From Clostridia bacterium (GTDB lineage: Bacteria > Bacillota > Clostridia > Oscillospirales > Acutalibacteraceae), in the NCBI GenBank assembly GCA_017403065.1, contig JAFQOT010000006.1, forward strand, positions 33,865 through 97,864: a stretch of DNA of 64,000 bases. Reading direction: 5' to 3'. The translations under genes were made by a program, and so were the position numbers. Positions 9,797 to 19,111 of this stretch are shown one piece after another (within the stretch, counting starts at the first letter, position 1; the number at the start of each line of letters is the position of its first letter). Below the pieces are notes generated by a model that ran no database searches, was not told where the DNA came from, and saw nothing but the letters and a program-made list of their open reading frames with translations.

Positions 9797-10445
9797 TATG
9801 ATTTCTCAACAAGGTCTTATTGTAATTTTCAGGGGCGTTCCTTTAGAGAAAATCCCCGAAACTGCAAAGGCTCTTTACGAAGGTGGCGCAAGGGTTGTTG
9901 AAATTGCATTCAACCCCAGCGATAAAGATACCGTTAAAAAGACAACCGATATTATCAAAAAAGTGTACGAAACTATGGGCGACAAGCTTTTAGTAGGCGC
10001 AGGAACCGTTATTTGCGAAGAATATTTAATGGCAGCTTACGAGGCTGGTGCTAAATTTATTTTCTGCCCCAATACCGACGTTGATATTATCCGAAAAACA
10101 AAGGAGCTGGGACTGATTAGTATCCCAGGTTCCTTAACACCGTCAGAGGTTATGACAGCCTATAAAAACGGCGCTGACATTATCAAGCTTTTCCCTATCA
10201 CTAAGGACGATTTAGGCTACGTTACAAACATAACCCGCCCTCTTTCTCACATTCCGTTTATTTGCGTAGGCGGTGCAAACATAGATACTATAGAAGGATT
10301 TATCAAGGCTGGAGCATTAGGTGTAGGAACGGGAATTTCTATCTTAAAGCCTGAGCTTATAGAAAATGAAGATTATGCGGAAATCACAAGACTGACAAAA
10401 CTTCATTTAGAAAAAATTGATGCCGCAAGAAAGGAAAGCTTATGA
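9789..10445 (+). CDS. KDPG/KHG-type class I aldolase (Eda family)
   Basis: Eda-like pattern GARVVEIAFN ... IKLFPI ... GVGTG; ~218 aa. Confidence 0.8.
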   Translation: MNNMISQQGLIVIFRGVPLEKIPETAKALYEGGARVVEIAFNPSDKDTVKKTTDIIKKVYETMGDKLLVGAGTVICEEYLMAAYEAGAKFIFCPNTDVDIIRKTKELGLISIPGSLTPSEVMTAYKNGADIIKLFPITKDDLGYVTNITRPLSHIPFICVGGANIDTIEGFIKAGALGVGTGISILKPELIENEDYAEITRLTKLHLEKIDAARKESL

Positions 10446-11119
10446 AAGTAACTTGGTTAGGTCAAGGCGGTTTTTTGTTTGAGCACAACGAAACCAAAAT
10501 AATTGTAGACCCTTATCTGTCTGATAGTTGTGAAAAGGTTAACCCAAAATTAAAAAGACGTTTTCCTGTAGATAAAAAATTCTTGGAAATTTGTCCTGAT
10601 ATATTGATTCTTACCCACAATCATTTAGACCATACAGACCCCGAAACCTTAGAAATTTATCTGAACAAAGGCAAGCCCGTAACCGTGCTTGCTTCGGGCA
10701 ACGCTTGGACAACGGTAAGAAAATTCGGCGGAGAACACAATTATGTCACCTTTAACGAGGGAACAGAATTTACCGTTTCGGGAATAACCTTTAAAGCTAT
10801 CTATGCAGAGCATTCTGACGATTATTCAATAGGTGTGTTGTTCGGTATAGAGGGCAAAAACTACTACATAACAGGCGATACCCTTTACAACAAAAAAATA
10901 TTAAACCAGTTGCCCGAAGATATTTATGCGGTATTTCTACCCATAAACGGCAGGGGTAATAATATGAATGGCTACGATGCAAAAAGATTTGCAAAGGAAA
11001 CTAAGGCTGAAAAAGCAGTGCCCTATCACTTCAGTCTTTTCGACAGTATAAACGCCAAAGAAGAATTCGATTTCAAAAAGGCTGTTATACCCACTCCGTT
11101 CAACGAAATAGATATATAA
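10442..11119 (+). CDS. MBL-fold metallo-hydrolase (possible lactonase)
   Basis: HxHxDH motif (THNHLDHTD); start overlaps the aldolase stop (ATGA). Confidence 0.8.
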   Translation: MKVTWLGQGGFLFEHNETKIIVDPYLSDSCEKVNPKLKRRFPVDKKFLEICPDILILTHNHLDHTDPETLEIYLNKGKPVTVLASGNAWTTVRKFGGEHNYVTFNEGTEFTVSGITFKAIYAEHSDDYSIGVLFGIEGKNYYITGDTLYNKKILNQLPEDIYAVFLPINGRGNNMNGYDAKRFAKETKAEKAVPYHFSLFDSINAKEEFDFKKAVIPTPFNEIDI

Positions 11120-11136
11120 TTAAAGCATTAACTAAA

Positions 11137-11175
11137 ACAGGCTGTCTTACTAAACGTAAGACAGCCTGTTTTTTA
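11137..11175. terminator. bidirectional terminator
   Basis: acaggctgtcttac / gtaagacagcctgt followed by TTTTT. Confidence 0.8.
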
Positions 11176-12453
11176 TTCACCTGATGGGAAATTAAATGCT
11201 CCGCCCTGTGTAGCTGAAGTTTTATAGCTTGATTCGCTTATGTTAGCCCTAAGGGTAACTGTTACCTCTTTGGTCTGGCCCTTAGATGTAACTATGGTGA
11301 CGGTTATTTTCTCTCCCGCCTTGCTTTGCTCTATTATATCAAGGACCACAGTATCACTTGTTACCTCAATACCGTTAATTTGAGTAATATAATCTCCGCT
11401 CTGAGCTTTTCCGTAAAGGTCGCTATCCTGAGAGATTTCTCCGATTAAAAGACCCTCACAGAGATAGTTTCCTATTTCTTTTGTTACAGAATTTATTGCC
11501 GTGTAGGTAATTCCCAGTTTTGCGCGGCTTTCAACTCGGCCTTTAGAAATAAGCTCGTCAACTATACGCTTCATTGTAGTTGTAGGTATAGCGTAGCCCA
11601 CCGCATCATACTCCACACTTGCAAGCTTAGAGGATGTAACACCAATCACCTGACCGTACATATTTACCAACGCTCCACCCGAAGAGCCTGGGTTAATAGC
11701 GCTGTCGGTCTGAATAAGCTTTGCAGAATAGCTTGATGTGGTCTGAACACGGCGGTTTACAGCAGAAACAACACCTCTTGTAATGCTTGACGCATCAAAG
11801 GCATTATTAGGTCTTCCCACAGCAACCACGTTTTGTCCGTAATAAACCTCATCAGAATTTCCGAAAACAGCAGGGGTAAAGCCAGAGCCGTCGATTTTAA
11901 GTACTGCTAAATCACTCACCTTGTCACCTGCTACAAATTTCGCATCGTACTCGGTTCCGTCATAGGTGAAAATTTTGAATTTAGCAGAGGGAACCTCTGA
12001 ATAAATATGGTCATTTGTAACTATATATCCGTCCTTTGAAAAGACTATTCCGCTGGCTTGGCTCATAGCGGAGCTTTCATTATAAACTATAATTCCCACC
12101 ACCGAGCTGTTTACCTTTTCGTAAACCTGAGCCGTTGTCATTTCGTCAGTATTAGCAGGCTTTCCCTCAAGGTCAAGAGAAATATTACTCGATGGACTGC
12201 TTTTCACACTGTTTCTGCCGATAAAATAGCCCACTGTGCATACTGATGACAAAACAATCACCGCCACAAGAATGCCTGCAAACACCTTTAATCCCTTTGA
12301 TATAGGCTTATAATCTGCCACCGACTCTACAGGTGAATATTGCACAGAGTTATATACAGTCTTATTTTCCGCTTCATTTATATTTTCCCTATCAAACTGG
12401 TTTTCAAGGGTATCGTCATTCTGATTTTGGTTTTGATTAAAATTCTCGTTCAT
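11173..12453 (-). CDS. HtrA/DegP-family serine protease with N-terminal TM segment and C-terminal PDZ domain
   Basis: Catalytic contexts TNDHI, DLAVLK, GSSGGAL. ORF extends to 12465 (TTG), but the ATG at 12453 has a GGAG SD. Confidence 0.88.
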   Translation of the reverse strand: MNENFNQNQNQNDDTLENQFDRENINEAENKTVYNSVQYSPVESVADYKPISKGLKVFAGILVAVIVLSSVCTVGYFIGRNSVKSSPSSNISLDLEGKPANTDEMTTAQVYEKVNSSVVGIIVYNESSAMSQASGIVFSKDGYIVTNDHIYSEVPSAKFKIFTYDGTEYDAKFVAGDKVSDLAVLKIDGSGFTPAVFGNSDEVYYGQNVVAVGRPNNAFDASSITRGVVSAVNRRVQTTSSYSAKLIQTDSAINPGSSGGALVNMYGQVIGVTSSKLASVEYDAVGYAIPTTTMKRIVDELISKGRVESRAKLGITYTAINSVTKEIGNYLCEGLLIGEISQDSDLYGKAQSGDYITQINGIEVTSDTVVLDIIEQSKAGEKITVTIVTSKGQTKEVTVTLRANISESSYKTSATQGGAFNFPSGE

Positions 12454-12474
12454 TTCTTTCTCCAATTTTTCATT

Positions 12475-13899
12475 TTATAAGGGCAGGGTTACAATAAAGC
12501 TTGTAGCTTCATTTTCTTTAGCCGATACCCTTATTGTACCGGCGTGGGAATTTATGATGGTTTTTACTATATACAGTCCCAAGCCTGTACTGTTTTTTAC
12601 ACCCGACCTTGCTTTATCCCCCTTGTAAAACCGCTCGAATATATGCGGCAAATCCTTTTGGGGAATACCCTTACCTGTGTTGGTTATAGTAAATATAGCA
12701 AATTTACCCTCAGTCTTCAGACCAAACTTTATGCTTCCGTTAGGTTGGTTAAACTTTATTGCATTATCCACTAAATTATAAATGACTTGATGGATTAAAT
12801 CCTTGTCAGCATTTACACAAACACTTTCCATCTCGTCAAGGCCGATTATTTCAAGCTGTGATTTTTCAATTCTTTGCTCCTGACTTAAAACTATATTAAC
12901 CAGAAGCTCCCCTAAATCAAAAAGCTCAGGCTTTAAGGCAAATTCGCCTGATTCAAGCTTGGACATACTAAGCATAGAATTAACCAGTCGGGTAAGACGC
13001 TTAACCTCATCAGACACGATATTAAGGTAATAATCCTGCTTATCCTTAGGAATTGTACCGTCCAAAATACCGTCGATAAATCCGCCTATGGTAGTCATTG
13101 GGGTTTTTAGCTCGTGGGACACATTTGCCACAAAGCTTTTACGCATTCCCTCAAGCTGAGCCAATGAATTTGTCATCATATTAAAGGACATAGAAAGCTC
13201 GCCGATTTCATCGTCACTCATAACAGGAATACGCTTTGAAAAGTCGCCCTTTGCCATAGCCTTTGACGCTTGTGACATAGACTTAAGCGGCTTTGTCAGT
13301 CGATAAGTCATAGCGTAAATAGAAAGGAACATCAATATAAGGGGTATCATAGCCGATACAAGATAAAGCTTAACAACGGTAGACAAAAGTCTGCTTACTG
13401 CTGTTACAGGGGCGGCGGCATAAACTGTACCCATAAGCTCGCCCTGTGAATTTTTCAAGGGCGACATAGCCACGTAATGCGGCGCTTGGTATACACCCAA
13501 ATCACTTAAGCCTACTTCCCCGTTATGCAGATTTTGAGCTATTTCTGTATAGGAAACGGTATTAACGCTATGTAAACAGCTGCCCGACTCGCTAAAATCC
13601 ACACATCCACAGACAAAAACCCTGCCGTTTTGGTCGGTTATAAAAACGTCAGAATCGTAAACAGATGTAAGAGTTTTAACCGTATCTGTCAAATCCAATG
13701 TATCTATGCTTTTACCCTGTGTAACGGCAGTATTTATTTGCTCGCCAATCTCGTCACAGCATCTTAACAGTATCTGTTGCTTTGATTTTGCAATGTAGTT
13801 ATTAAGCACAAAGGACAAAATCATCATCATAACAGCAAGGCTGAAAATTATGATAAAAGAAGTGGTTAAAAAGAATTTGTTAAAAAGCTTTAACCTCAT
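12475..13899 (-). CDS. sensor histidine kinase (2 TM, HAMP, HisKA, HATPase_c)
   Basis: H-box FVANVSHELKTP, N-box NLVDNAIKF, G-boxes GKGIP / GLGL. Confidence 0.9.
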   Translation of the reverse strand: MRLKLFNKFFLTTSFIIIFSLAVMMMILSFVLNNYIAKSKQQILLRCCDEIGEQINTAVTQGKSIDTLDLTDTVKTLTSVYDSDVFITDQNGRVFVCGCVDFSESGSCLHSVNTVSYTEIAQNLHNGEVGLSDLGVYQAPHYVAMSPLKNSQGELMGTVYAAAPVTAVSRLLSTVVKLYLVSAMIPLILMFLSIYAMTYRLTKPLKSMSQASKAMAKGDFSKRIPVMSDDEIGELSMSFNMMTNSLAQLEGMRKSFVANVSHELKTPMTTIGGFIDGILDGTIPKDKQDYYLNIVSDEVKRLTRLVNSMLSMSKLESGEFALKPELFDLGELLVNIVLSQEQRIEKSQLEIIGLDEMESVCVNADKDLIHQVIYNLVDNAIKFNQPNGSIKFGLKTEGKFAIFTITNTGKGIPQKDLPHIFERFYKGDKARSGVKNSTGLGLYIVKTIINSHAGTIRVSAKENEATSFIVTLPL

Positions 13900-13902
13900 T
13901 TT

Positions 13903-14589
13903 TTATTTTACCTCAAATTTATAGCCCACACCCCAAACGGTTTTTAAGGACCATTCTTCCGACACATTTTCAAGCTTTTCTCTAAGCCTTTTCACGTGAA
14001 CATCAACCGTTCTTGAGTCACCGTAATAGTCAAAGCCCCAAACCTCATCAAGTAGCTGATCGCGGGTGTAAACCCTGTTTGGATTACTTGCCAAATGGTA
14101 TACAAGCTCTAATTCCTTAGGGGGTGTATCAACCTGAACTCCGTTTACGATTAGCTCATAATTAGTAAGGTTGATTTTTAATTTATCGTAACGTACCTCT
14201 TTGACTTGATTTTGCTTGTCGTTTTCATTACTGCGGCGAAGCACCGCTTTAATACGGGCAATAATTTCTTTAGTATCAAAGGGTTTGGTAACATAATCGT
14301 CGGCTCCAAGCTCAAGACCTAAAATCTTATCAAAAGTTTCTCCCTTAGCAGTAAGCATAATTATGGGAGTTTCGCTTGTTTTTCTGATTTCTCTGCAAAC
14401 CTGCCAACCGTCAAGCTCGGGCAGCATTATATCAAGCAAAATTAAATCGGGAGAATACTTTTCAGCATATTTTACCGCAGTTAAACCGTCGTTTGCAACA
14501 ACTGTTTCAAAACCATCCTTTTCAAGATAAAGCCTTAACAATTCGCAAATATTATTATCATCATCAACAATAAGTATTTTATACTGCAC
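13903..14589 (-). CDS. OmpR-family response regulator
   Basis: Receiver domain (ILIVDDD ... LLDIMLP) plus winged-helix C-terminus (VWGVGYKF). Confidence 0.92.
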   Translation of the reverse strand: MQYKILIVDDDNNICELLRLYLEKDGFETVVANDGLTAVKYAEKYSPDLILLDIMLPELDGWQVCREIRKTSETPIIMLTAKGETFDKILGLELGADDYVTKPFDTKEIIARIKAVLRRSNENDKQNQVKEVRYDKLKINLTNYELIVNGVQVDTPPKELELVYHLASNPNRVYTRDQLLDEVWGFDYYGDSRTVDVHVKRLREKLENVSEEWSLKTVWGVGYKFEVK

Positions 14590-14714
14590 TTTTATTCCCT
14601 CCTTAGCATTTATAAGGTTATTCTAAATAAATAATATAATAACAATATTAAGAAAATATGAATAATTATAATTTTATTTCACAAAACAATACTATGAGAA
14701 AAGGGGGACAATTT

Positions 14715-14888
14715 ATGGGTCTTATTCAATGCGCCGAGCAATGTAAATTCCAAATGGACGGCTACTGCAATTTAGAAAAATGCAGTACTGTAAATTCCTT
14801 AAACAAAAATTGCCCCTATTTTATACCCTTATCCTTTGATTATACCAATAGCTTGTCCCAAACTGCGAACACCTACAAGCTCAAGTGA
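14715..14888 (+). CDS. small Cys-rich hypothetical protein (57 aa)
   Basis: GGGGGA SD 7 nt before the ATG at 14715. The 3' third overlaps the convergent radA end. Confidence 0.35.
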   Translation: MGLIQCAEQCKFQMDGYCNLEKCSTVNSLNKNCPYFIPLSFDYTNSLSQTANTYKLK

Positions 14889-16196
14889 GTCAGGACAGGA
14901 AGAAATCTGCTTTATGCAAGCTTTAGGCAAAATACACTTTGTAAATCCAAGCCTTGCGGCTTCATTTATTCTCGCCTGCGCTCTGGGTACAGAACGCAAT
15001 TCGCCCGAAAGCCCAATTTCACCGAAAGCGATAACATTTTCATCTATAGGCACATCCTTTAGTCCTGAAACTAAAGCAAGGGCTACGGCTAAATCTGCCG
15101 CAGGCTCATCAAGGCGCATACCGCCTACAATATTTACATAAGCATCCAGATTAGAAAAGCCTAATCCTAAACGTTTTTCAAGCACAGCCAATAAAAGATT
15201 TAATCGGTTATAATCAAAGCCTGTAGCGGTTCTGCGCGCATTGCCAAAGCCGCTTGGGGTCACAAGTCCCTGTACCTCTGCCAAAATAGGACGGGTGCCC
15301 TCTATAACACATGTGATGCAACCGCCCGAAACCTCACTCATTCTGCCTGAAAGCAACATGGCAGAGGGGTTTTCCACCTCTTTAAGTCCTGTTTCGGTCA
15401 TTTCGAAAACACCGATTTCATTAGTAGAGCCAAATCGGTTTTTAATGCCTCTTAAAATTCGGTACGACTGATTTCTCTCTCCCTCAAAATACAGCACTGT
15501 ATCCACAATATGCTCCATAACCTTAGGTCCTGCAATATCGCCGCCCTTATTTACGTGTCCCACAATGAACACAGGTATTTCAAGGCTTTTGCCTGTACGC
15601 AAAAGCATATTTGTAGATTCCCTAACCTGAACTATGCTTCCTTGAGAAGAAGAAATTCCCTCTATTTGCATTGTCTGTATTGAATCTATCATAACAAGGT
15701 CAGGCTTTTGAGATTTAATATATTCACAAACTGCGCAAACGTCTGTTTCTGTCATTATAGAAAGATTATCGCTTTTTACACCTATTCTGCCTGCCCGCAT
15801 TTTAATCTGAAAGGCTGATTCCTCACCCGAAACATAAAGTATTTTTAGGTTTTTCTGTAACGCGTTACATATTTGTAGCAAAATAGTTGATTTACCAATG
15901 CCTGGGTCCCCGCTTAAAAGCACCACCGAGCCCTTAACTATTCCACCGCCGAGAACACGGTCTAATTCAGAAATTCCTGTTACAAAACGGGGTTCTTCGG
16001 TAAAGTCAATTTCCGACAAAGACTTTGCTGTGGCTATCCGTCCCGTAGGAATAACCGTCCCATTGGATTTTAACGGTACGGCAACCTCCTCTGTCATAGT
16101 ATTCCACTCGTTACAGTTAGGACATTTACCCACCCATTTAGCCGTTTCATAACCGCAATTTTCGCAAATATAAACTGTTTTTGCTTTAGGTGACAT
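14829..16196 (-). CDS. radA: DNA repair protein RadA/Sms
   Basis: N-terminal Zn finger CENCGY...CPNC, Walker A GDPGIGKST, KNRFG motif, Lon-like C-terminal domain. Confidence 0.95.
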   Translation of the reverse strand: MSPKAKTVYICENCGYETAKWVGKCPNCNEWNTMTEEVAVPLKSNGTVIPTGRIATAKSLSEIDFTEEPRFVTGISELDRVLGGGIVKGSVVLLSGDPGIGKSTILLQICNALQKNLKILYVSGEESAFQIKMRAGRIGVKSDNLSIMTETDVCAVCEYIKSQKPDLVMIDSIQTMQIEGISSSQGSIVQVRESTNMLLRTGKSLEIPVFIVGHVNKGGDIAGPKVMEHIVDTVLYFEGERNQSYRILRGIKNRFGSTNEIGVFEMTETGLKEVENPSAMLLSGRMSEVSGGCITCVIEGTRPILAEVQGLVTPSGFGNARRTATGFDYNRLNLLLAVLEKRLGLGFSNLDAYVNIVGGMRLDEPAADLAVALALVSGLKDVPIDENVIAFGEIGLSGELRSVPRAQARINEAARLGFTKCILPKACIKQISSCPDSLELVGVRSLGQAIGIIKG

Positions 16197-16914
16197 TTTT
16201 GTTCTCCTTAAAAAAGTTAGTAATTCCGCAATATATACTAAAAGCCATTTTGTTTTGGTAATCCTCCCGCTTTAATAATTCTAATTCAGAATTATTGCTT
16301 AAAAATCCGCACTCCACAAGAACACAGGGTATTGTAGCATTGTATAAAATGTAGGTGGATGAGGTTGCTTGTTTGTTAACGCGGGTATTTTCAGGCTGCA
16401 AAAGACCCACCACGCTTTTTCGTATTTCCTCGCCTAAGAGCTTTGATTTTTCTATCCTTGGGCTGTAAAAAATTTGCGCCCCCTTAGCCGAAGAGGTGGT
16501 AAACTTATTAAGATGAATACTTACAAAAATTGCGTCCTCATAATCCTCCATCAACTCAAGACGGTTTTTAAGGTCGCTTTTTTTACGCGCGCTGATTTTA
16601 TCCGTTTCCACATCATCGGTTGAAACATCTGATTCTCTTGTCATTATAACGTTATAACCGTCTAATTTCAAAAAATGGGAAAGCGTAGTGGCAATTTCTA
16701 AATTTATATCCTTTTCAACCGTACCGTCCCCCGCCACAGCCCCTCCGTCAAACCCGCCGTGGCCTGCATCGATGATGATTTGCGGTTTTGTATTTGCTTT
16801 TACCAATGTTTCCTTTGCCAGTCTATCAGGCGCTTTTATCATAGAAATACCCACAACCAAGCATAGCAAAAGACATATTCCAATAACTCTTTTTTTCAAA
16901 ATCACATTTATCAC
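16186..16914 (-). CDS. cwlD: N-acetylmuramoyl-L-alanine amidase, CwlD-like (Amidase_3)
   Basis: IIIDAGHGGFDGGA, HLN, ECGFLSN motifs; N-terminal TM/signal segment. Confidence 0.8.
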   Translation of the reverse strand: MINVILKKRVIGICLLLCLVVGISMIKAPDRLAKETLVKANTKPQIIIDAGHGGFDGGAVAGDGTVEKDINLEIATTLSHFLKLDGYNVIMTRESDVSTDDVETDKISARKKSDLKNRLELMEDYEDAIFVSIHLNKFTTSSAKGAQIFYSPRIEKSKLLGEEIRKSVVGLLQPENTRVNKQATSSTYILYNATIPCVLVECGFLSNNSELELLKREDYQNKMAFSIYCGITNFFKENKNVT

Positions 16915-17069
16915 TCCAGATTTTACTGTTTAATAAATATGATTTTTCGCTTTATAATATAATACCTTTAAATATTATATTGTATTTCTTTTTATTTTTC
17001 AATATTAAACATAAGCGTCAACTATAATATTGCACAAAAGATTTTCGTTATAGTGCTATTTAGGTAAAA

Positions 17070-17107
17070 CAAGCAAAACACCCTACAAATTATATTTTGT
17101 AAGGTGT
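17070..17107 (-). terminator. rho-independent terminator after the capD-like gene
   Basis: acaccctacaaa / tttgtaaggtgt hairpin; T-run on the minus strand. Confidence 0.65.
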
Positions 17108-17115
17108 TTAAAAAT

Positions 17116-18975
17116 TTATCTAATATTATTAGGAATATATGTAGGAACTATTTGCTGTACAAGAGAACGCACGTCCACGTTTTCATCATACATAACCGCC
17201 TTCATTCTTTCTAATGTTTTATAAAAAACTTCCTCGTCGAAGTCAATAGGCTTGCCTATATGGATTAAAGCATTTTCTGTAGCAGTTAATCCTTCCTCAG
17301 ACATTAAAAGCTCCTCATAAAGCTTTTCGCCCGGACGAAGCCCTGTGAATTTTATATCAATATCCTTATAAGGTGTAAAGCCTGAAAGTCTTATAAGATT
17401 TTCTGCAAGAGTCAAGATTTTTACAGGCTCGCCCATATCAAGAACAAAGATTTCGCCGCCCTTGGCGTTGGCGCCTGCCTCTAACACAAGGGATACCGCC
17501 TCAGGTATGGTCATAAAATATCTTATAATATTAGGGTCGGTAACAGTAACTGGGCCACCCTCTTTAATCTGCTCTTTAAATATAGGAATAACGCTACCGT
17601 TAGAGCCTAAAACATTACCGAAACGAACTGCAACAAATTCGGTTTTAGATTTTTTATTCCAAGACTGAACTATCATTTCGCAAATTCGCTTACTGGCGCC
17701 CATAATATTAGTAGGGTTAACCGCCTTGTCGGTTGAAATAAGCACAAATTTTTCGGCGCCGTATCTATGGGCGCATTCGGCGGTTTTATATGTACCGAAA
17801 ACATTATTTTTGATAGTTTCGTTGGGACTATCTTCCATCAAAGGAACGTGCTTATGGGCAGCCGCGTGGTATATAATATCAGGCTTGTAGGTTGCAAAAA
17901 CGCTGTCAAGCCGCTTGCTGTCACGCACCGAACCGATAAGGGTTAATAAATTAAGTGTTGGGAACTTTCGTAAAAGCTCGTTTTGAATTTCATAGGCTGT
18001 GTTTTCGTAAATATCAAAAATTATAAGCTTTTTTGGGTTATACGCCGCAATCTGACGGCAAAGCTCTGAGCCTATAGTACCGCCGCCGCCTGTAACCAAT
18101 ACGGTTTTGTCGGTAACATAGCCAAGCTTTTGTTCAAGACAAATATTTATTGGCTCTCTGCCCAATAAATCCTCAATTTCTACCTTGCGGATAGCAGGTG
18201 TCAGCTCAGACATTTCATACATTTTGCAAATTGATGGAACTATTCGTAATTCGCATCCTGTTTTTTGGCAGATGTTTAAAATAGCGGTTTTCTGCTCACT
18301 GCTGCAGTTGGGAATTGCAAAAACAATAAGGGAAATATCGTATTTCTTTACAGCCTCTGCTATTGCTTCCCTGCCGCCGATTATTTTAATGCCTAAAATA
18401 TACTGCCCGTGCTTATAGGGATTATCGTCAATAACGCACTTAATCTTGCAATTTCTGTGATTATACTTGCGAGAAACCTCGCTTATAAGCATTTCACCTG
18501 CGTTTCCCGCGCCGATAAGCATAATGTTACCTGAAAGCAACGTATCGTCTTTGGTCTGATTTTTTTTCCTTCTTGATTTGGAAAATTCATTCATAATTCT
18601 CTTAAACACAACACGCTGAGCTATGATTATACCACTTAAAATAAAGAAGGTAAGCACATATACAGAAACATCAAAGTATGCGCGGTAAACCGACATTTGC
18701 ACAATAAAAAGAATTACCATAGAAATTCCTGTTGCTACACAAATACGAATCCATTCTGCAATACGGGAATACCGCCAAAGAATATTGTAGATTTTAAAAA
18801 CATAGAAAACAACCAACAATATGCCGCCTAAAATAAGATATGACATATTTGTCATATGATAACCATAGGCTAAAAGCTCATTGTTAGTTAATAAATATGA
18901 TAAACCTAAAGAGAAAATTGCCGAAACGAAATCACAGAGCAAGAAAAATAACAAAGCGACGTAACGTTTTTTCAT
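17116..18975 (-). CDS. membrane-bound polysaccharide biosynthesis protein, CapD/PglF-like NDP-sugar 4,6-dehydratase
   Basis: 4 N-terminal TM helices, two Rossmann motifs (GAGNAG, VTGGGGTIG), YxxxK context (MGASKRICE). Confidence 0.88.
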   Translation of the reverse strand: MKKRYVALLFFLLCDFVSAIFSLGLSYLLTNNELLAYGYHMTNMSYLILGGILLVVFYVFKIYNILWRYSRIAEWIRICVATGISMVILFIVQMSVYRAYFDVSVYVLTFFILSGIIIAQRVVFKRIMNEFSKSRRKKNQTKDDTLLSGNIMLIGAGNAGEMLISEVSRKYNHRNCKIKCVIDDNPYKHGQYILGIKIIGGREAIAEAVKKYDISLIVFAIPNCSSEQKTAILNICQKTGCELRIVPSICKMYEMSELTPAIRKVEIEDLLGREPINICLEQKLGYVTDKTVLVTGGGGTIGSELCRQIAAYNPKKLIIFDIYENTAYEIQNELLRKFPTLNLLTLIGSVRDSKRLDSVFATYKPDIIYHAAAHKHVPLMEDSPNETIKNNVFGTYKTAECAHRYGAEKFVLISTDKAVNPTNIMGASKRICEMIVQSWNKKSKTEFVAVRFGNVLGSNGSVIPIFKEQIKEGGPVTVTDPNIIRYFMTIPEAVSLVLEAGANAKGGEIFVLDMGEPVKILTLAENLIRLSGFTPYKDIDIKFTGLRPGEKLYEELLMSEEGLTATENALIHIGKPIDFDEEVFYKTLERMKAVMYDENVDVRSLVQQIVPTYIPNNIR

Positions 18976-19071
18976 ATTGATTTTCCTTTAAAATATGTAA
19001 TAATTATTAAGAAATTAAAAACCATTATTATTTTACCATATAAAAAATAAATAGTCAACTTTTGAGCTATT

Positions 19072-19106
19072 TAAAAGACCGAAATTCTGAAAAGAACTTC
19101 GGTCTT
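19072..19106 (-). terminator. rho-independent terminator after uxaC
   Basis: agaccgaa...ttcggtct hairpin followed by TTTT on the minus strand. Confidence 0.65.
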
Positions 19107-19111
19107 TCTTA

